A stretch of 64,000 nt of DNA from a virus (lineage: Duplodnaviria > Caudoviricetes). The position numbers were made by a program, and so were the translations under genes. The notes under the pieces are model-generated. The model was not told the DNA's origin. It was given only the letters and a program-made list of their open reading frames with translations, and ran no database searches. The DNA is taken from positions 2,080 to 66,079 of IMG/VR virus record IMGVR_UViG_3300044816_000060. One strand, written 5' to 3'. This document shows, piece by piece, positions 18,689 to 27,848 of the stretch (position 1 is its first letter; each line of letters begins with the position of its first letter).

Positions 18689-18948
18689 TAGGCGGCCTCC
18701 GATCGGGGTCGGTTCGGCGACAGGCACAGGGAGTCGCGGATACGCGCCGTCGTGTAATCGGTCATGAACGTGTGAGACGCGATCTCACGGTCGGTCCAGC
18801 CCTTGCGGTGCAGGGCCGCGACGAGTTGCCAGCGCAGGTGCGTGGGGAGCGCTTCCGCCGGCATTCGTCCTTGGCACGCCTCGTGGTAGAGCAGGCGCCA
18901 CTGGGCGTCGCTCGGGAGAGTCGGAGGCTTGCCGTAGTGGGTACCCAT
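18688..18948 (-). CDS. small HTH protein
   Basis: LH.KGWTD.EIA.HT.MT.YTTARIR. Confidence 0.7.
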   Translation of the reverse strand: MGTHYGKPPTLPSDAQWRLLYHEACQGRMPAEALPTHLRWQLVAALHRKGWTDREIASHTFMTDYTTARIRDSLCLSPNRPRSEAA

Positions 18949-19385
18949 CAGAACGGGGGTTCGTCGCCGGTGGCCGGCGCGGGAGCACTCCCCCACGGAT
19001 CGTCGGCGGGCGCGGACCCCTCGCTACCGCGCCCAACCTTGTTGACCTTCGCCGTGGCGTACCGGAGCTCCGGGCCGACGTGTTCGACGTCCATCTCGAT
19101 CGACGTCCGTGTCTGGTCGTCCTTGGTGTACGAGCGGACCTTCAGTCGTCCGTGGACCAGGACGCGGGAGCCACGAATCAGGCTCTCGGCGACGTTCTCC
19201 GCCTGCTGCCGCCACACCGCGCAGCGGACCCACATCGTCTCTCCGTCGACCCAGGCGTCGCCGTCCTTCACTCGGGGCGTGGAGGCCACGACGAAGTTGC
19301 ACACGGCGACGCCAGAGGGCAGGAAGCGCAGCTCAGGATCCTTGGCCAGGTTGCCGCACAGTGTCGTTACCGGTTCGCCGCTCAT
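18948..19385 (-). CDS. ssb: single-stranded DNA-binding protein
   Basis: GNL..DPELRF.PSG.AV.NF; acidic DEPPF tail. Confidence 0.95.
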   Translation of the reverse strand: MSGEPVTTLCGNLAKDPELRFLPSGVAVCNFVVASTPRVKDGDAWVDGETMWVRCAVWRQQAENVAESLIRGSRVLVHGRLKVRSYTKDDQTRTSIEMDVEHVGPELRYATAKVNKVGRGSEGSAPADDPWGSAPAPATGDEPPF

Positions 19386-19852
19386 GCCGCGTTCTCCTCA
19401 AATCCTTCGGGGGCTGTGGTGTCGACCCACCGGCCAGCGGCCGGGAGTTGCCAGTGGGCGCCGTGCCGCAGCACAGCCCGGCTGGCGGGGTCGGTGTTCG
19501 GGTGGACGATGTAGCCGCGTTCCCGGGCCCAGGTGCGGTTGTCGTGGGCTTCCGAGTGGCAGCGCGGGTGAAGCGCCAGGAGATTCGCTGGCTCGTCTCT
19601 GCCGCCTTGTGAGCGGAGCTTCCGGTGGTGACATTCCCAGCGTTTCTCCGACAGGCCCTGGCCGCAGATGGCGCAGCGTCCGCCGTCGCGGTCCCACACC
19701 AGGTCCCGCAGTTCTTTCGGCATCGGCGGCCGGCGGAGTTTGAACACGGGCGGTTTGAGCCGGACGACCGGCCTGGACCGAGAGGAGAGGGGGAGGTTCG
19801 AGCGGAGCGGCTGCTTGCGGGGCCACGATCCGGTGCGTCGAAGCGGGCTCAT
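19382..19852 (-). CDS. HNH endonuclease
   Basis: RDGGRCAICG...HHRK.RSQGG...NLLAL...CH. Confidence 0.85.
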   Translation of the reverse strand: MSPLRRTGSWPRKQPLRSNLPLSSRSRPVVRLKPPVFKLRRPPMPKELRDLVWDRDGGRCAICGQGLSEKRWECHHRKLRSQGGRDEPANLLALHPRCHSEAHDNRTWARERGYIVHPNTDPASRAVLRHGAHWQLPAAGRWVDTTAPEGFEENAA

Positions 19853-20223
19853 TAGTCGTACTCCGCGATCCGTGCGTCCAGGTGGCCGATCAGCCAATTC
19901 GTGGATTTCCGGTACAAGGCGTCGTAATCCGAGTCCTCCCCGGCCTCCTCACGCAGCTTGTGCAGCCGGAAGACACGGTTCCTGATCAGTTGGGCTTGCG
20001 ACTTGATGTCGCGGTCGATGTCTTCCTTCGGGACGTCGGCTTCGCTCAGGTTGGTTTCGGAGAACAGGAACCAACCGACCCGCTGGAACGCCTGATGGAT
20101 GATGGCGAACTCGGCGTCGCTGATCTCGGCGGTGGATCGGACGGTTACGCTTGTTGATCTGTCAACATGCATTCGGATCGTGCCGACTGTGACAGGCAAC
20201 GTAAAACGAAGCGGCTCGCTCAT
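19852..20223 (-). CDS. hypothetical protein with recoded 5' end
   Basis: ATGA-coupled to HNH stop; N-terminus resembles the start of the upstream HNH. Confidence 0.75.
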   Translation of the reverse strand: MSEPLRFTLPVTVGTIRMHVDRSTSVTVRSTAEISDAEFAIIHQAFQRVGWFLFSETNLSEADVPKEDIDRDIKSQAQLIRNRVFRLHKLREEAGEDSDYDALYRKSTNWLIGHLDARIAEYD

Positions 20224-21011
20224 GACGTCGTCACCCCGGCTCGCCGCGCGGCCCGCGTAGCCCGCGCACGTTCGCGCTGGCACGTCCGGCATGCCCTGGC
20301 ACCCGCCTTGTTGATGTGCGTGTTCTCAGCCGTGTACTCGTGCCCATGCGGGCAGTGGGTCCGCTCCCATGGCGCAGGAAGACTCCCGGACGACTGACGC
20401 TTGTCTTTCGCCCACGATGCCAGGCACGGCCGACAGCGCCGGGAGTTGTCACTGACTCGGAACTGAGTGTTCTCCGGGGTCAACTCGTGTCCGTTAAGGC
20501 AATGCGTTCGAAGTACACCGTGCAGGCCACGGCGAGTGTTCTCAGCGGGAGTGACCGCCTCCAGATGTTCTGGGTTCACACAGTTGCGGACGCGGCACAG
20601 ATGGTCGATATGCATACCACTTGGGATCGGCCCGATCCGCTGCTCGTACACCCATCGGTGAGCCAATGGCGTCCTCGTCGGAGACAGGCGGATCGAAACG
20701 GCCATGCCGTACCCGCTATCGCTCGCGATCGGTCCAGTCCAGATCCAGCAGCCATCGTCAGTGGTGGGCCGCAAAACGTGCGACCAGAACCAGAGTTCCG
20801 GATTCGACTTGGCCGTGACCGGATACAACCGGCCATGCTTCGACATCCGCGCTTGGTGACGGCCACACATCCCGTGTGAGTGAACGTTCTTCGAGCAGGT
20901 CACGACGCTGCACTTGGCGGTGGCCTGCTCGTCGGAGCGGTCCACGTGCATCGCAATCCGGCCCACAGTGACAGGCAGTGTGAACTTCAAGGCTTCACTC
21001 GCGGTGGTCAT
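20220..21011 (-). CDS. HNH homing endonuclease with two C-terminal Zn modules
   Basis: GCWIWTG..GYG..AHRW.YE...IDHLCRVRNCVNPEHL; CxxGH..TxENT..RxCxxC twice. Confidence 0.9.
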   Translation of the reverse strand: MTTASEALKFTLPVTVGRIAMHVDRSDEQATAKCSVVTCSKNVHSHGMCGRHQARMSKHGRLYPVTAKSNPELWFWSHVLRPTTDDGCWIWTGPIASDSGYGMAVSIRLSPTRTPLAHRWVYEQRIGPIPSGMHIDHLCRVRNCVNPEHLEAVTPAENTRRGLHGVLRTHCLNGHELTPENTQFRVSDNSRRCRPCLASWAKDKRQSSGSLPAPWERTHCPHGHEYTAENTHINKAGARACRTCQRERARATRAARRAGVTTS

Positions 21012-22948
21012 GACGCCACCTGCACCGGCTTGAGCGCGTTCCCCCGGGCCACGATGAGCTGGCCCAGGACGGTCGGGTTGCCGTCACCGTCGGTGACCGG
21101 CGCGTTCAGCAGGCCCAGGTCGGACACCTTCGTGTGCAGGTCCCGCAGGCCCTGGTAGGTGGCGTCCGGGTCCAGCGCCTCAGCACGGTAGGCCAACGGG
21201 CCCGGAACGTCCTCGCCGTCGGCCAACCAATCCCGGATCACCTCCGCCAGTTCCGGGCCGGGCCTCTCGATCACCGCACCGGACAGCACCGGCAGACGGG
21301 TCTTCGACACCGACATCGTGTGATCGGGGTCCATGTCGCCGATCAGGTCGAACTCAAACTCGATGCCCTCCCGCTGGTCAGGTTTCAGTCCGACCTTGCG
21401 GGGGACACTCGTGGTCCGGCCGTTGCGTTCGATCTGCTCGATCACGTAGGAGGTCTTCGTTCGCAGCGTCACGATGACATGGCCGGGATAGGAGGCCAGC
21501 GCGTCGAACATGCGCCGCTCGTCCGGTCGGGCCTCCTTCCACCCGGAGAAGGAGTTGCCGCCCTTGGCGCGCTTGTCGGCCTGCTCCTGCATCCCGTCCA
21601 CGCCGGACCAGTAGTGCGACAACGAGTCGACCAGCAGGGCGTCGTAGCCGGCACCAGCCGCTACACCAAGAGCCTCGGTGAGGGACGCCGGGGAGAACGA
21701 CTGCGGGTTGAGGGTGTCGAACTCCCACCCGTTCAGGCCGACGTACATGGAGGCACGGCCGCGCTCGGTGTCGATGACCGCCACCTTCTTGCCCAGGGTG
21801 CAGGCGAGCATCAGGCCGGTGTAGGTGTTGTGGGTGACTACGCAGTGGTCGGTGACGTAGAGCCGGTCCGCCGCAGCCACGGAGATGCACTGCACTGGCG
21901 CCTCGCCCACCGGCTCGACCCGCTCAATGAATCGAGTCGGCTGGTACTTGCTCCGTGGCCGGTAGGCGTCCCGCTTCCGGTCGAGCCGGAACGGTGCGAG
22001 CCCGGCCGGCAGCCGAAGCCGCATCCGGTGCGACAGGGCCCCGGCTCGGCGTTCCCCGTTGTGCACGTACTCAGGTACACGAGTGCCCACAGTGGTCAGC
22101 CCACCGAGCGACTCGACCAGGAACCGGACGTCATCACAAAGGGCTGCTGATGAGGTGCTGTACTCCAGGTTGCTGCCCTTCGCGTAACCGTCCGTGTCGA
22201 GCAGGCCCTGCATCAGCGCATGGCGGGTCTTCGCGGAGCCGAACAGATAAGTGCGTGGGATGAACTTGGCGGGGGACTTGACGCCGGTGAGGCCCAGCGC
22301 CCGCAGCTCGGTGACGAGCGGGTTGCTGCCGGTAGTGGCGTCGCGCGTGATCGCCACATCGACGGCGCTCCCTGGGAGCGGGCGAAGGTGCACGCCCGCA
22401 GGTAGCAGCTCTGACACCATGTCTCGTATCTGCTGCTCGGAGTTGCAGAGCCGGACGAAGCGGTCGCCAAAATGACCGTCGCCGAGCAGGACTCCCAGTA
22501 GGTACGGATCGATCGGCAGCACATCTGAGACGTCAAACTCGACGGGCTGGACGAGCGGGACCGCATGCTGGCGCTTGCCGTGCCGATCACGAAGGTCGCC
22601 CATGATGTCGCGGAGCGGCTTAACAGTTCCGGGGCGCTTTGCTTGCCGGTCGAGGTAGGTCGTCGTGAGCCAGAGGTGGTCGGCCGTGCACTCCGTGCTG
22701 GCGCCGTCGTTGAACGTCACGCGGTAGACCGGCTGCACACCCTGTGGGTAGATGCCGGTAACGGTCGTTCCGCCACCGTCGGCGGAGGTGACCCGATCGC
22801 CGACGGTCAGCGCGCCCATCGTGGTCCAGCCGGTGGGCGTCAGGATCCGGGCATTAAGCGGCTGCGCCTTCCCCGCCCCGGATGGGCCAGGTAGCGCGAT
22901 GCGCGCCTTGACGGCGGAGCGCTTCGCGGGTGCGAACTGGACGGTCAC
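21008..22948 (-). CDS. AAA_24/Sak4-like ATPase interrupted by an intein
   Basis: GPSGAGK|T P-loop split by intein; VIDTERG, LVDSLSHYW, EFEFD motifs. Confidence 0.9.
   Translation of the reverse strand: MTVQFAPAKRSAVKARIALPGPSGAGKAQPLNARILTPTGWTTMGALTVGDRVTSADGGGTTVTGIYPQGVQPVYRVTFNDGASTECTADHLWLTTTYLDRQAKRPGTVKPLRDIMGDLRDRHGKRQHAVPLVQPVEFDVSDVLPIDPYLLGVLLGDGHFGDRFVRLCNSEQQIRDMVSELLPAGVHLRPLPGSAVDVAITRDATTGSNPLVTELRALGLTGVKSPAKFIPRTYLFGSAKTRHALMQGLLDTDGYAKGSNLEYSTSSAALCDDVRFLVESLGGLTTVGTRVPEYVHNGERRAGALSHRMRLRLPAGLAPFRLDRKRDAYRPRSKYQPTRFIERVEPVGEAPVQCISVAAADRLYVTDHCVVTHNTYTGLMLACTLGKKVAVIDTERGRASMYVGLNGWEFDTLNPQSFSPASLTEALGVAAGAGYDALLVDSLSHYWSGVDGMQEQADKRAKGGNSFSGWKEARPDERRMFDALASYPGHVIVTLRTKTSYVIEQIERNGRTTSVPRKVGLKPDQREGIEFEFDLIGDMDPDHTMSVSKTRLPVLSGAVIERPGPELAEVIRDWLADGEDVPGPLAYRAEALDPDATYQGLRDLHTKVSDLGLLNAPVTDGDGNPTVLGQLIVARGNALKPVQVAS
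21827..22867 (-). mobile_element. 347-aa class 3 intein with LAGLIDADG endonuclease
   Basis: Starts AQPL, ends VTHN|T; TADHLW, VQCISV; LLGVLLGDG and MQGLLDTDG. Confidence 0.9.
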
Positions 22949-23145
22949 GGCGTCCTCCGGTGGAAATGGTGGATGGGGAACGACGGCTCACCGGCGGTGC
23001 AATGCGGGCATAGGACCGGTACGGGTGTTGGGAGCTCGCAGGTCTCGATGTAGTGGGCGGCGAGGGTGACAACCCCGATGCCCTGGCACACCTGGCAGTA
23101 CGCCTTCACCGAGGCGACCCGGGTAGCGGCCGGTGGGGCGGTCAC
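22945..23145 (-). CDS. small Zn-finger protein
   Basis: CQVCQG.G...CPHC; coupled. Confidence 0.6.
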   Translation of the reverse strand: MTAPPAATRVASVKAYCQVCQGIGVVTLAAHYIETCELPTPVPVLCPHCTAGEPSFPIHHFHRRTP

Positions 23146-23567
23146 GACGCCGCCTCAAGCAGGGCCAGCAGGCCGCACTCAACGTCGAGGTCGTCGTACT
23201 CCAGGTGTCTCGGCACCATGGCCAGGGTTTCGGCGAGCCAGTCCTCGACCATGGCCAGGCCGGTGGACAGTTCGGCGTGCCCGGACGGGGAGTCGAGTGT
23301 CAGCACCAGCTGGTCGGCGTCGGTGCGGACTTTGACGTCGTCGGCGCCGCTGGGGTGGAGGAGGCCTTCGGCGAGGAGGTCCCGCCCGAACACCCAGGTC
23401 GAGATGGGGTCACCGTCGAACATGAACACGACGGTGACAGCGGCCGGGTCGTGGCGGGTGTAGCGGAGCTGGGCGGTCACCGTGTCCGGGTCGTCTTCGG
23501 CGGCGTCGAGGATGGCGAACTCGACGGCCAGGCACAGGGCGTCACGGGTATAGAAGTGGCCGGTCAT
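23142..23567 (-). CDS. SsgA-like protein (SALP)
   Basis: LRY...DP.AV...F....WVFGRDLLAEGL..PSG.DDV.V...LDSPSGHAEL...VP...E. Confidence 0.85.
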   Translation of the reverse strand: MTGHFYTRDALCLAVEFAILDAAEDDPDTVTAQLRYTRHDPAAVTVVFMFDGDPISTWVFGRDLLAEGLLHPSGADDVKVRTDADQLVLTLDSPSGHAELSTGLAMVEDWLAETLAMVPRHLEYDDLDVECGLLALLEAAS

Positions 23568-24061
23568 GACGCCTTGCTCTCGTCGGAGGCGGGCAGCTCC
23601 AGCAGGCCGTTGGACAGCAACTCCCCGATCCGGCGGCGCAGCAGCGGAACCTGGGTCGGGTCCACGGCCGGCCGGTACGAGGACGAACCTGTGACCAGTT
23701 CGATGCCGGGGATGATCCCGCCGGTGACGTCGTCGTAGGCGAGCCCGGTCGCCTTGCACCGCTTCTTCAGTGCGTCTACGTAGGCTGGGTTGACGCTCTC
23801 CACGATCTCCGTCGGGGCGTGTTCCTTCACCCACGCCAGCAGTGCTCGCTGGTCGGTCACCGACGCCGACTCGGCGGCCTTCCCGATGGTGACCGCCCCG
23901 ATGACGGTTCCGTCGGGGAGTTGCGCGGTGACCCGCTCCCCCGGCTCCATCTGGGGTTCTAGGACGTTCCGGACGCCGGTCACGAGGGTGCGGACCTCCT
24001 CGGACAACCAGCGGGCCACCACGGCACGCCCAGCGATGACCCTGCTCTCCTCACGCACCAT
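23564..24061 (-). CDS. conserved phage hypothetical protein
   Basis: VTD..ALLAWVKEHAPTEIV..V.PAY...GIIPGI motif. Confidence 0.75.
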   Translation of the reverse strand: MVREESRVIAGRAVVARWLSEEVRTLVTGVRNVLEPQMEPGERVTAQLPDGTVIGAVTIGKAAESASVTDQRALLAWVKEHAPTEIVESVNPAYVDALKKRCKATGLAYDDVTGGIIPGIELVTGSSSYRPAVDPTQVPLLRRRIGELLSNGLLELPASDESKAS

Positions 24062-24632
24062 TTGCGACGCACCCTTCCTTTGAGGCGTGGTATCGCTGAC
24101 GTGCGCATACCCGACACGCCATCCCCCGGCCGTTGCTGCCGGGGCGGTAGTTTTCTGGCGTCTTCTCGTGACCCTTCGGACAGTGCGTCCGGAACTGTGG
24201 GTTCATGGACCGGTGGGTGTTGCAGGTTTTGCACGACGGCACGAGGTTGAGTGGATCGTTGTTCCGCGTGTCCGCGTCGAGATGATCGGTGAAGACCTGC
24301 TCCATGCCGGAGCCACGCCACGTCAAGCGCCGCCCGCACCAATTGCAGGACTGCGGGCCCGAGCCGATTCGCTCGTACAGAACCTTGCGATGCACGAGGA
24401 CAGTGCCGTCGGAGTGAGCCAATGGGTGCTCAGGCTCGGTGATAGAGCAGTAAGGACTCGTTCCCGTGATCACCCTGCCGCGAGCTTGGCAGGACCGCGA
24501 GCAGAACCGCTGGCTCTTCCTGGCGGTCCAGTGCTCCTTGCCGCAGTACCCGCAGGTGAAGCGGTGCTTCTTAGGCCGCCATTTCGCGGTGACGGCTCGG
24601 CCGGCGGTCACGCGGGGGTTGTCGTCGCTCAT
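24051..24632 (-). CDS. HNH endonuclease
   Basis: CGYCG..FCSRSC; HRKVLY; DHLD...NN...NLVPSC.TCN; Zn tail. Confidence 0.9.
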   Translation of the reverse strand: MSDDNPRVTAGRAVTAKWRPKKHRFTCGYCGKEHWTARKSQRFCSRSCQARGRVITGTSPYCSITEPEHPLAHSDGTVLVHRKVLYERIGSGPQSCNWCGRRLTWRGSGMEQVFTDHLDADTRNNDPLNLVPSCKTCNTHRSMNPQFRTHCPKGHEKTPENYRPGSNGRGMACRVCARQRYHASKEGCVANGA

Positions 24633-24759
24633 CAGTCCTCCTCGGCCGGGTTGGGCAGTTCGTCGAGGGCTTTCCCCAGGTCCCGCCAGTGGGCGCGAAT
24701 GTCCAGCCGGTACTCCTCGGGCGCTGACCACCAGACGTCGATCAGGTACTCCTCGGTGC

Positions 24760-24969
24760 TCACTCCCCCACCTCGATCACTGCCGGGGACAGCGGCCACT
24801 CGACCGACCCGTTGACGTCCAAAGTGACGATCCACTCGACCTGCTCGTTCGGCCACGACGTGACAACCCGCAGGAACGTCCCGGCTGCCCCCCGGTGGCG
24901 GATACGGGCACCGGGGGCGGGGACCAGGTACTCCTCCGGGTCGGAGTCGAGCTGGGTGGTGGTGGTCAT
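24760..24969 (-). CDS. hypothetical protein
   Basis: Coupled ORF. Confidence 0.55.
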   Translation of the reverse strand: MTTTTQLDSDPEEYLVPAPGARIRHRGAAGTFLRVVTSWPNEQVEWIVTLDVNGSVEWPLSPAVIEVGE

Positions 24970-25340
24970 CAGGCAGCGCTCCTAGCGTCGGTCGAGTCCC
25001 ACGGCCGGTGGGCGTCCAGGTCGATCGGAGCCACCACCGGCGGGGTGAACGAGCCGCTCAGCAGGGCGTACCGCATCGTGTCGGCCACGTCCTCGTCACA
25101 GCACAGTTCGCGGCGGGGGCCGTCGAAGCCGTCCCACTCCACGGCGAACGTGGCGGTCTTCCAGTGCTTCTCGCAGCGGGGCTCGGTGAGATCCGAGGCC
25201 CGATCACTGCCGATGACTGCTAAGCTGCTGGTCATAGCCGTTTCTCCTGAGTTTCGGTTAGCGCGAGAGCCCGGTGACGCCGTCCAAAGCTGCCGGGCTG
25301 AGGCCAGAGCGAGAGCTTCGAGGTAGGTGGGGGCATCCAT
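24969..25340 (-). CDS. hypothetical protein
   Basis: Coupled ORF. Confidence 0.5.
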   Translation of the reverse strand: MDAPTYLEALALASARQLWTASPGSRANRNSGETAMTSSLAVIGSDRASDLTEPRCEKHWKTATFAVEWDGFDGPRRELCCDEDVADTMRYALLSGSFTPPVVAPIDLDAHRPWDSTDARSAA

Positions 25341-26260
25341 CAGACGCCCACCTCGGACAGGTCGAGTAGCGCGGGGGCGGCCAGCTCAGCTTCGAGCCGC
25401 TGGAGATTGCGAACCGCGGAATCGTGATACGACCTCTTTAGTTCGCAACCCCACGCTCGGCGGCCCAGCTTCACTGCCACATACGGCTCAGACCCGACAC
25501 CCGAGAAGGGGCTGACGACCAGCTCACCGGGGTTGGACCAGAGCCGCACGCAGCGCTCGATGAAGTCGAGCTGTAGGGCGTGCAGGTGGCGGGTGTCGTC
25601 GGCCTCCTTCGCCTCCGCCACGTTCAGCGTGTGCGTGCGGCGGATGCCCAGCCACACCGGCCGGGCCCAGTCGATCCAGTTCTGATTCGACACGCCAGGC
25701 GGCGGCTCGTCCGCGGAGTGTGGGATCGGCACCTCGTTCTGCCCTGGTTTGATGAAGTGAAGCATCTGGTCCCCGGTGGCCGGCGAGGTGCGCGCGGAGT
25801 CACGGTTCTTCGTCACGAACATCAGGTGCTGCGCCTTGGTGCGGGTGGCGACGGCCTGCGGGTCGAGGTCTACCCACCACCGGCCGTAGAACGTCCAGCC
25901 CGCAGCGACGTGGGCGCGAATGACGTCCCCGGAGAGGTCGTAGAGGCCGGAGACCCCGTGCGTGGCCTTGGTGGTGGCTACGTCGGCGATGTGGACGCAA
26001 CAGCTGCGGCCGGGCTTCGTGACCCGCAGGAGTTCATTACAGATAAAATTGTAATGCTGGATAAACTCGTCAGGGTTGGCACAGTTTCCAAGGTCACGCG
26101 GGCTTGGCGAATATGAGTACAAACCTGCGAAAGGTGGAGAAAAAACTGACAGGTCTACCGAGTCATTAGCCAGCTCGACCATTCTCTTGCATGAGTCACC
26201 GAGCAGTAAATCCCAGTTCTCGCCGTAGGCTTCATCCTCTTCGTATACCTCGTCGATCAT
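25340..26260 (-). CDS. N4/N6 DNA methyltransferase
   Basis: GDS; VFSPPF catalytic motif; SNPGE.V.SPFSGVGS; GCELK. Confidence 0.9.
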   Translation of the reverse strand: MIDEVYEEDEAYGENWDLLLGDSCKRMVELANDSVDLSVFSPPFAGLYSYSPSPRDLGNCANPDEFIQHYNFICNELLRVTKPGRSCCVHIADVATTKATHGVSGLYDLSGDVIRAHVAAGWTFYGRWWVDLDPQAVATRTKAQHLMFVTKNRDSARTSPATGDQMLHFIKPGQNEVPIPHSADEPPPGVSNQNWIDWARPVWLGIRRTHTLNVAEAKEADDTRHLHALQLDFIERCVRLWSNPGELVVSPFSGVGSEPYVAVKLGRRAWGCELKRSYHDSAVRNLQRLEAELAAPALLDLSEVGV

Positions 26261-27567
26261 GCTGCGCTCCTAGTCAGCTCATGACGAGCAGCCTTCATCT
26301 CGGCGACGAGTTGGGCCATCATCAACTCGTGCTCGCGCTCTTTTCGGGCCACGTTGTGGGCGATCTGCTGCTCAATCTCAGACAGGATCACGTGCACCTT
26401 CACCACTCTGGTTTGCCCATAGCGGTAGCTGCGCCGGATACACTGGAAGTAATCCTCAAAGCTGTACCCCATCCCACAGAATGCCTGCCGGGCCGACCTC
26501 TGAAAATTGAGCCCTCTACCGGCAATACTCGGTTTTGTGATCAGATGTTGAATGGTTCCGTCAGCGAATGCGAGGAGTAGTTCCGCCTTCTCTTCCGGAC
26601 TCATCGACCCGTGCACGTTCACCGAGCCGGGGATGAGGTCGGCCAACATCTGGGCCTCCGCGTTCAGCCCGGCCCACAACAGCCACGGCTCGTGAGGCTC
26701 GGCCGCGACGAGCTCGGCGGCTCGCTCACACCTGGGCGCGAGGGTCTCCCTACGGACCCGCGCCGTACCGGACACTCCGCCCAAGTCGGTGGCGAACAGC
26801 TGCCCCTCCGACTCGACATGCACCGGGACCAGCTCGGGCACAACGTCCAGGCCGGGAAGGTCGTATCCGTCATCTGGGTAGCCGATGTCGGATGGCCGGC
26901 GCAGCGCGACCGCCCAGGACGCCAGCCATCGGTACATCGGGCCTCGGGCATGGCCCTTGACCCGCCATCCGTCGTCGTCGTGGATGAAGTAGCTCGACAA
27001 CATATCGACCCGCGACATCACCCCGAGGAATGCCGACTGGTTCGTCAGTTCCTCCGCGTCGTTCGGCGCCGGAGTGGCGGTGCAGGATAGACGGCGTGGG
27101 ACGGGGGCGAAGTGCTCGATGAGCAGATTCCGGGTCTTCCCCGTCGAGTCACGAAGTACAGAGCCCTCATCGAGTACTACGACGTCGAGTTCGCGGGGGT
27201 CGAACCGGTCGACCATCTCGTAGTTGGTCACCCACACTCCACGGCCGGTGATCTGCTCGCTGTTCCTGACGTAGTGGGCGTCGATGTCGAGCAGAGCGGC
27301 TTCCCGGACTGTCTGCTGGCACACCGCCAGCGGTGCCACGATCAGGGATGTGTCACCGGACAGTCGGCAGTACTCAAGGGACATGGCGGTTTTCCCCGTG
27401 CCTGTGGTGGTCCATAATCCGGCTCGGCCATGCGCCACCGTCCAGCGGACCAGATCGGCTTGGAATCCATGGAGTCGGGGATGGATAGCGGACGGCTCGA
27501 TTCGGCTGCCCAGAGTCGGAGCGAGCCGCACTTTGGATGCGAGGAAGGATTCATACGAGGTGGTCAC
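26257..27567 (-). CDS. SNF2-like helicase
   Basis: TGTGKT; VLDEGS; CTATPAPND; GLNFQ; RSYRYGQ. Confidence 0.9.
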   Translation of the reverse strand: MTTSYESFLASKVRLAPTLGSRIEPSAIHPRLHGFQADLVRWTVAHGRAGLWTTTGTGKTAMSLEYCRLSGDTSLIVAPLAVCQQTVREAALLDIDAHYVRNSEQITGRGVWVTNYEMVDRFDPRELDVVVLDEGSVLRDSTGKTRNLLIEHFAPVPRRLSCTATPAPNDAEELTNQSAFLGVMSRVDMLSSYFIHDDDGWRVKGHARGPMYRWLASWAVALRRPSDIGYPDDGYDLPGLDVVPELVPVHVESEGQLFATDLGGVSGTARVRRETLAPRCERAAELVAAEPHEPWLLWAGLNAEAQMLADLIPGSVNVHGSMSPEEKAELLLAFADGTIQHLITKPSIAGRGLNFQRSARQAFCGMGYSFEDYFQCIRRSYRYGQTRVVKVHVILSEIEQQIAHNVARKEREHELMMAQLVAEMKAARHELTRSAA

Positions 27568-27848
27568 CGCTTCCCCTTCCCGGCGTTCTCCCGCTTCGCC
27601 GTGACCGCCCGCACCGTCCCCGCATCCCGCTGGACGAGCTGCTCGGCGGGTGGCGGGACACACCGCGACACCGGCACAACCTCCCGCTCAGGAGAGCCAC
27701 CGAACACGGCCACCGCGGCCCAGATGAGCAGCCCGCCCACGACGATCCAGCGGACCGGGTTGGGGGGGCGTGGGGTTTCCACCATGCAGGGGGCGGCGTT
27801 GAGCTGGGCGATGATGTCGTCCAGGGTGTCGTCTGGGGCGCCCTTCAT
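27564..27848 (-). CDS. membrane protein
   Basis: One hydrophobic segment; coupled. Confidence 0.55.
   Translation of the reverse strand: MKGAPDDTLDDIIAQLNAAPCMVETPRPPNPVRWIVVGGLLIWAAVAVFGGSPEREVVPVSRCVPPPAEQLVQRDAGTVRAVTAKRENAGKGKR

Noticed and set aside
25340-27567. Restriction-modification defence system
   Set aside because: Helicase-MTase pair lies in the early operon with no restriction nuclease; a common phage module.
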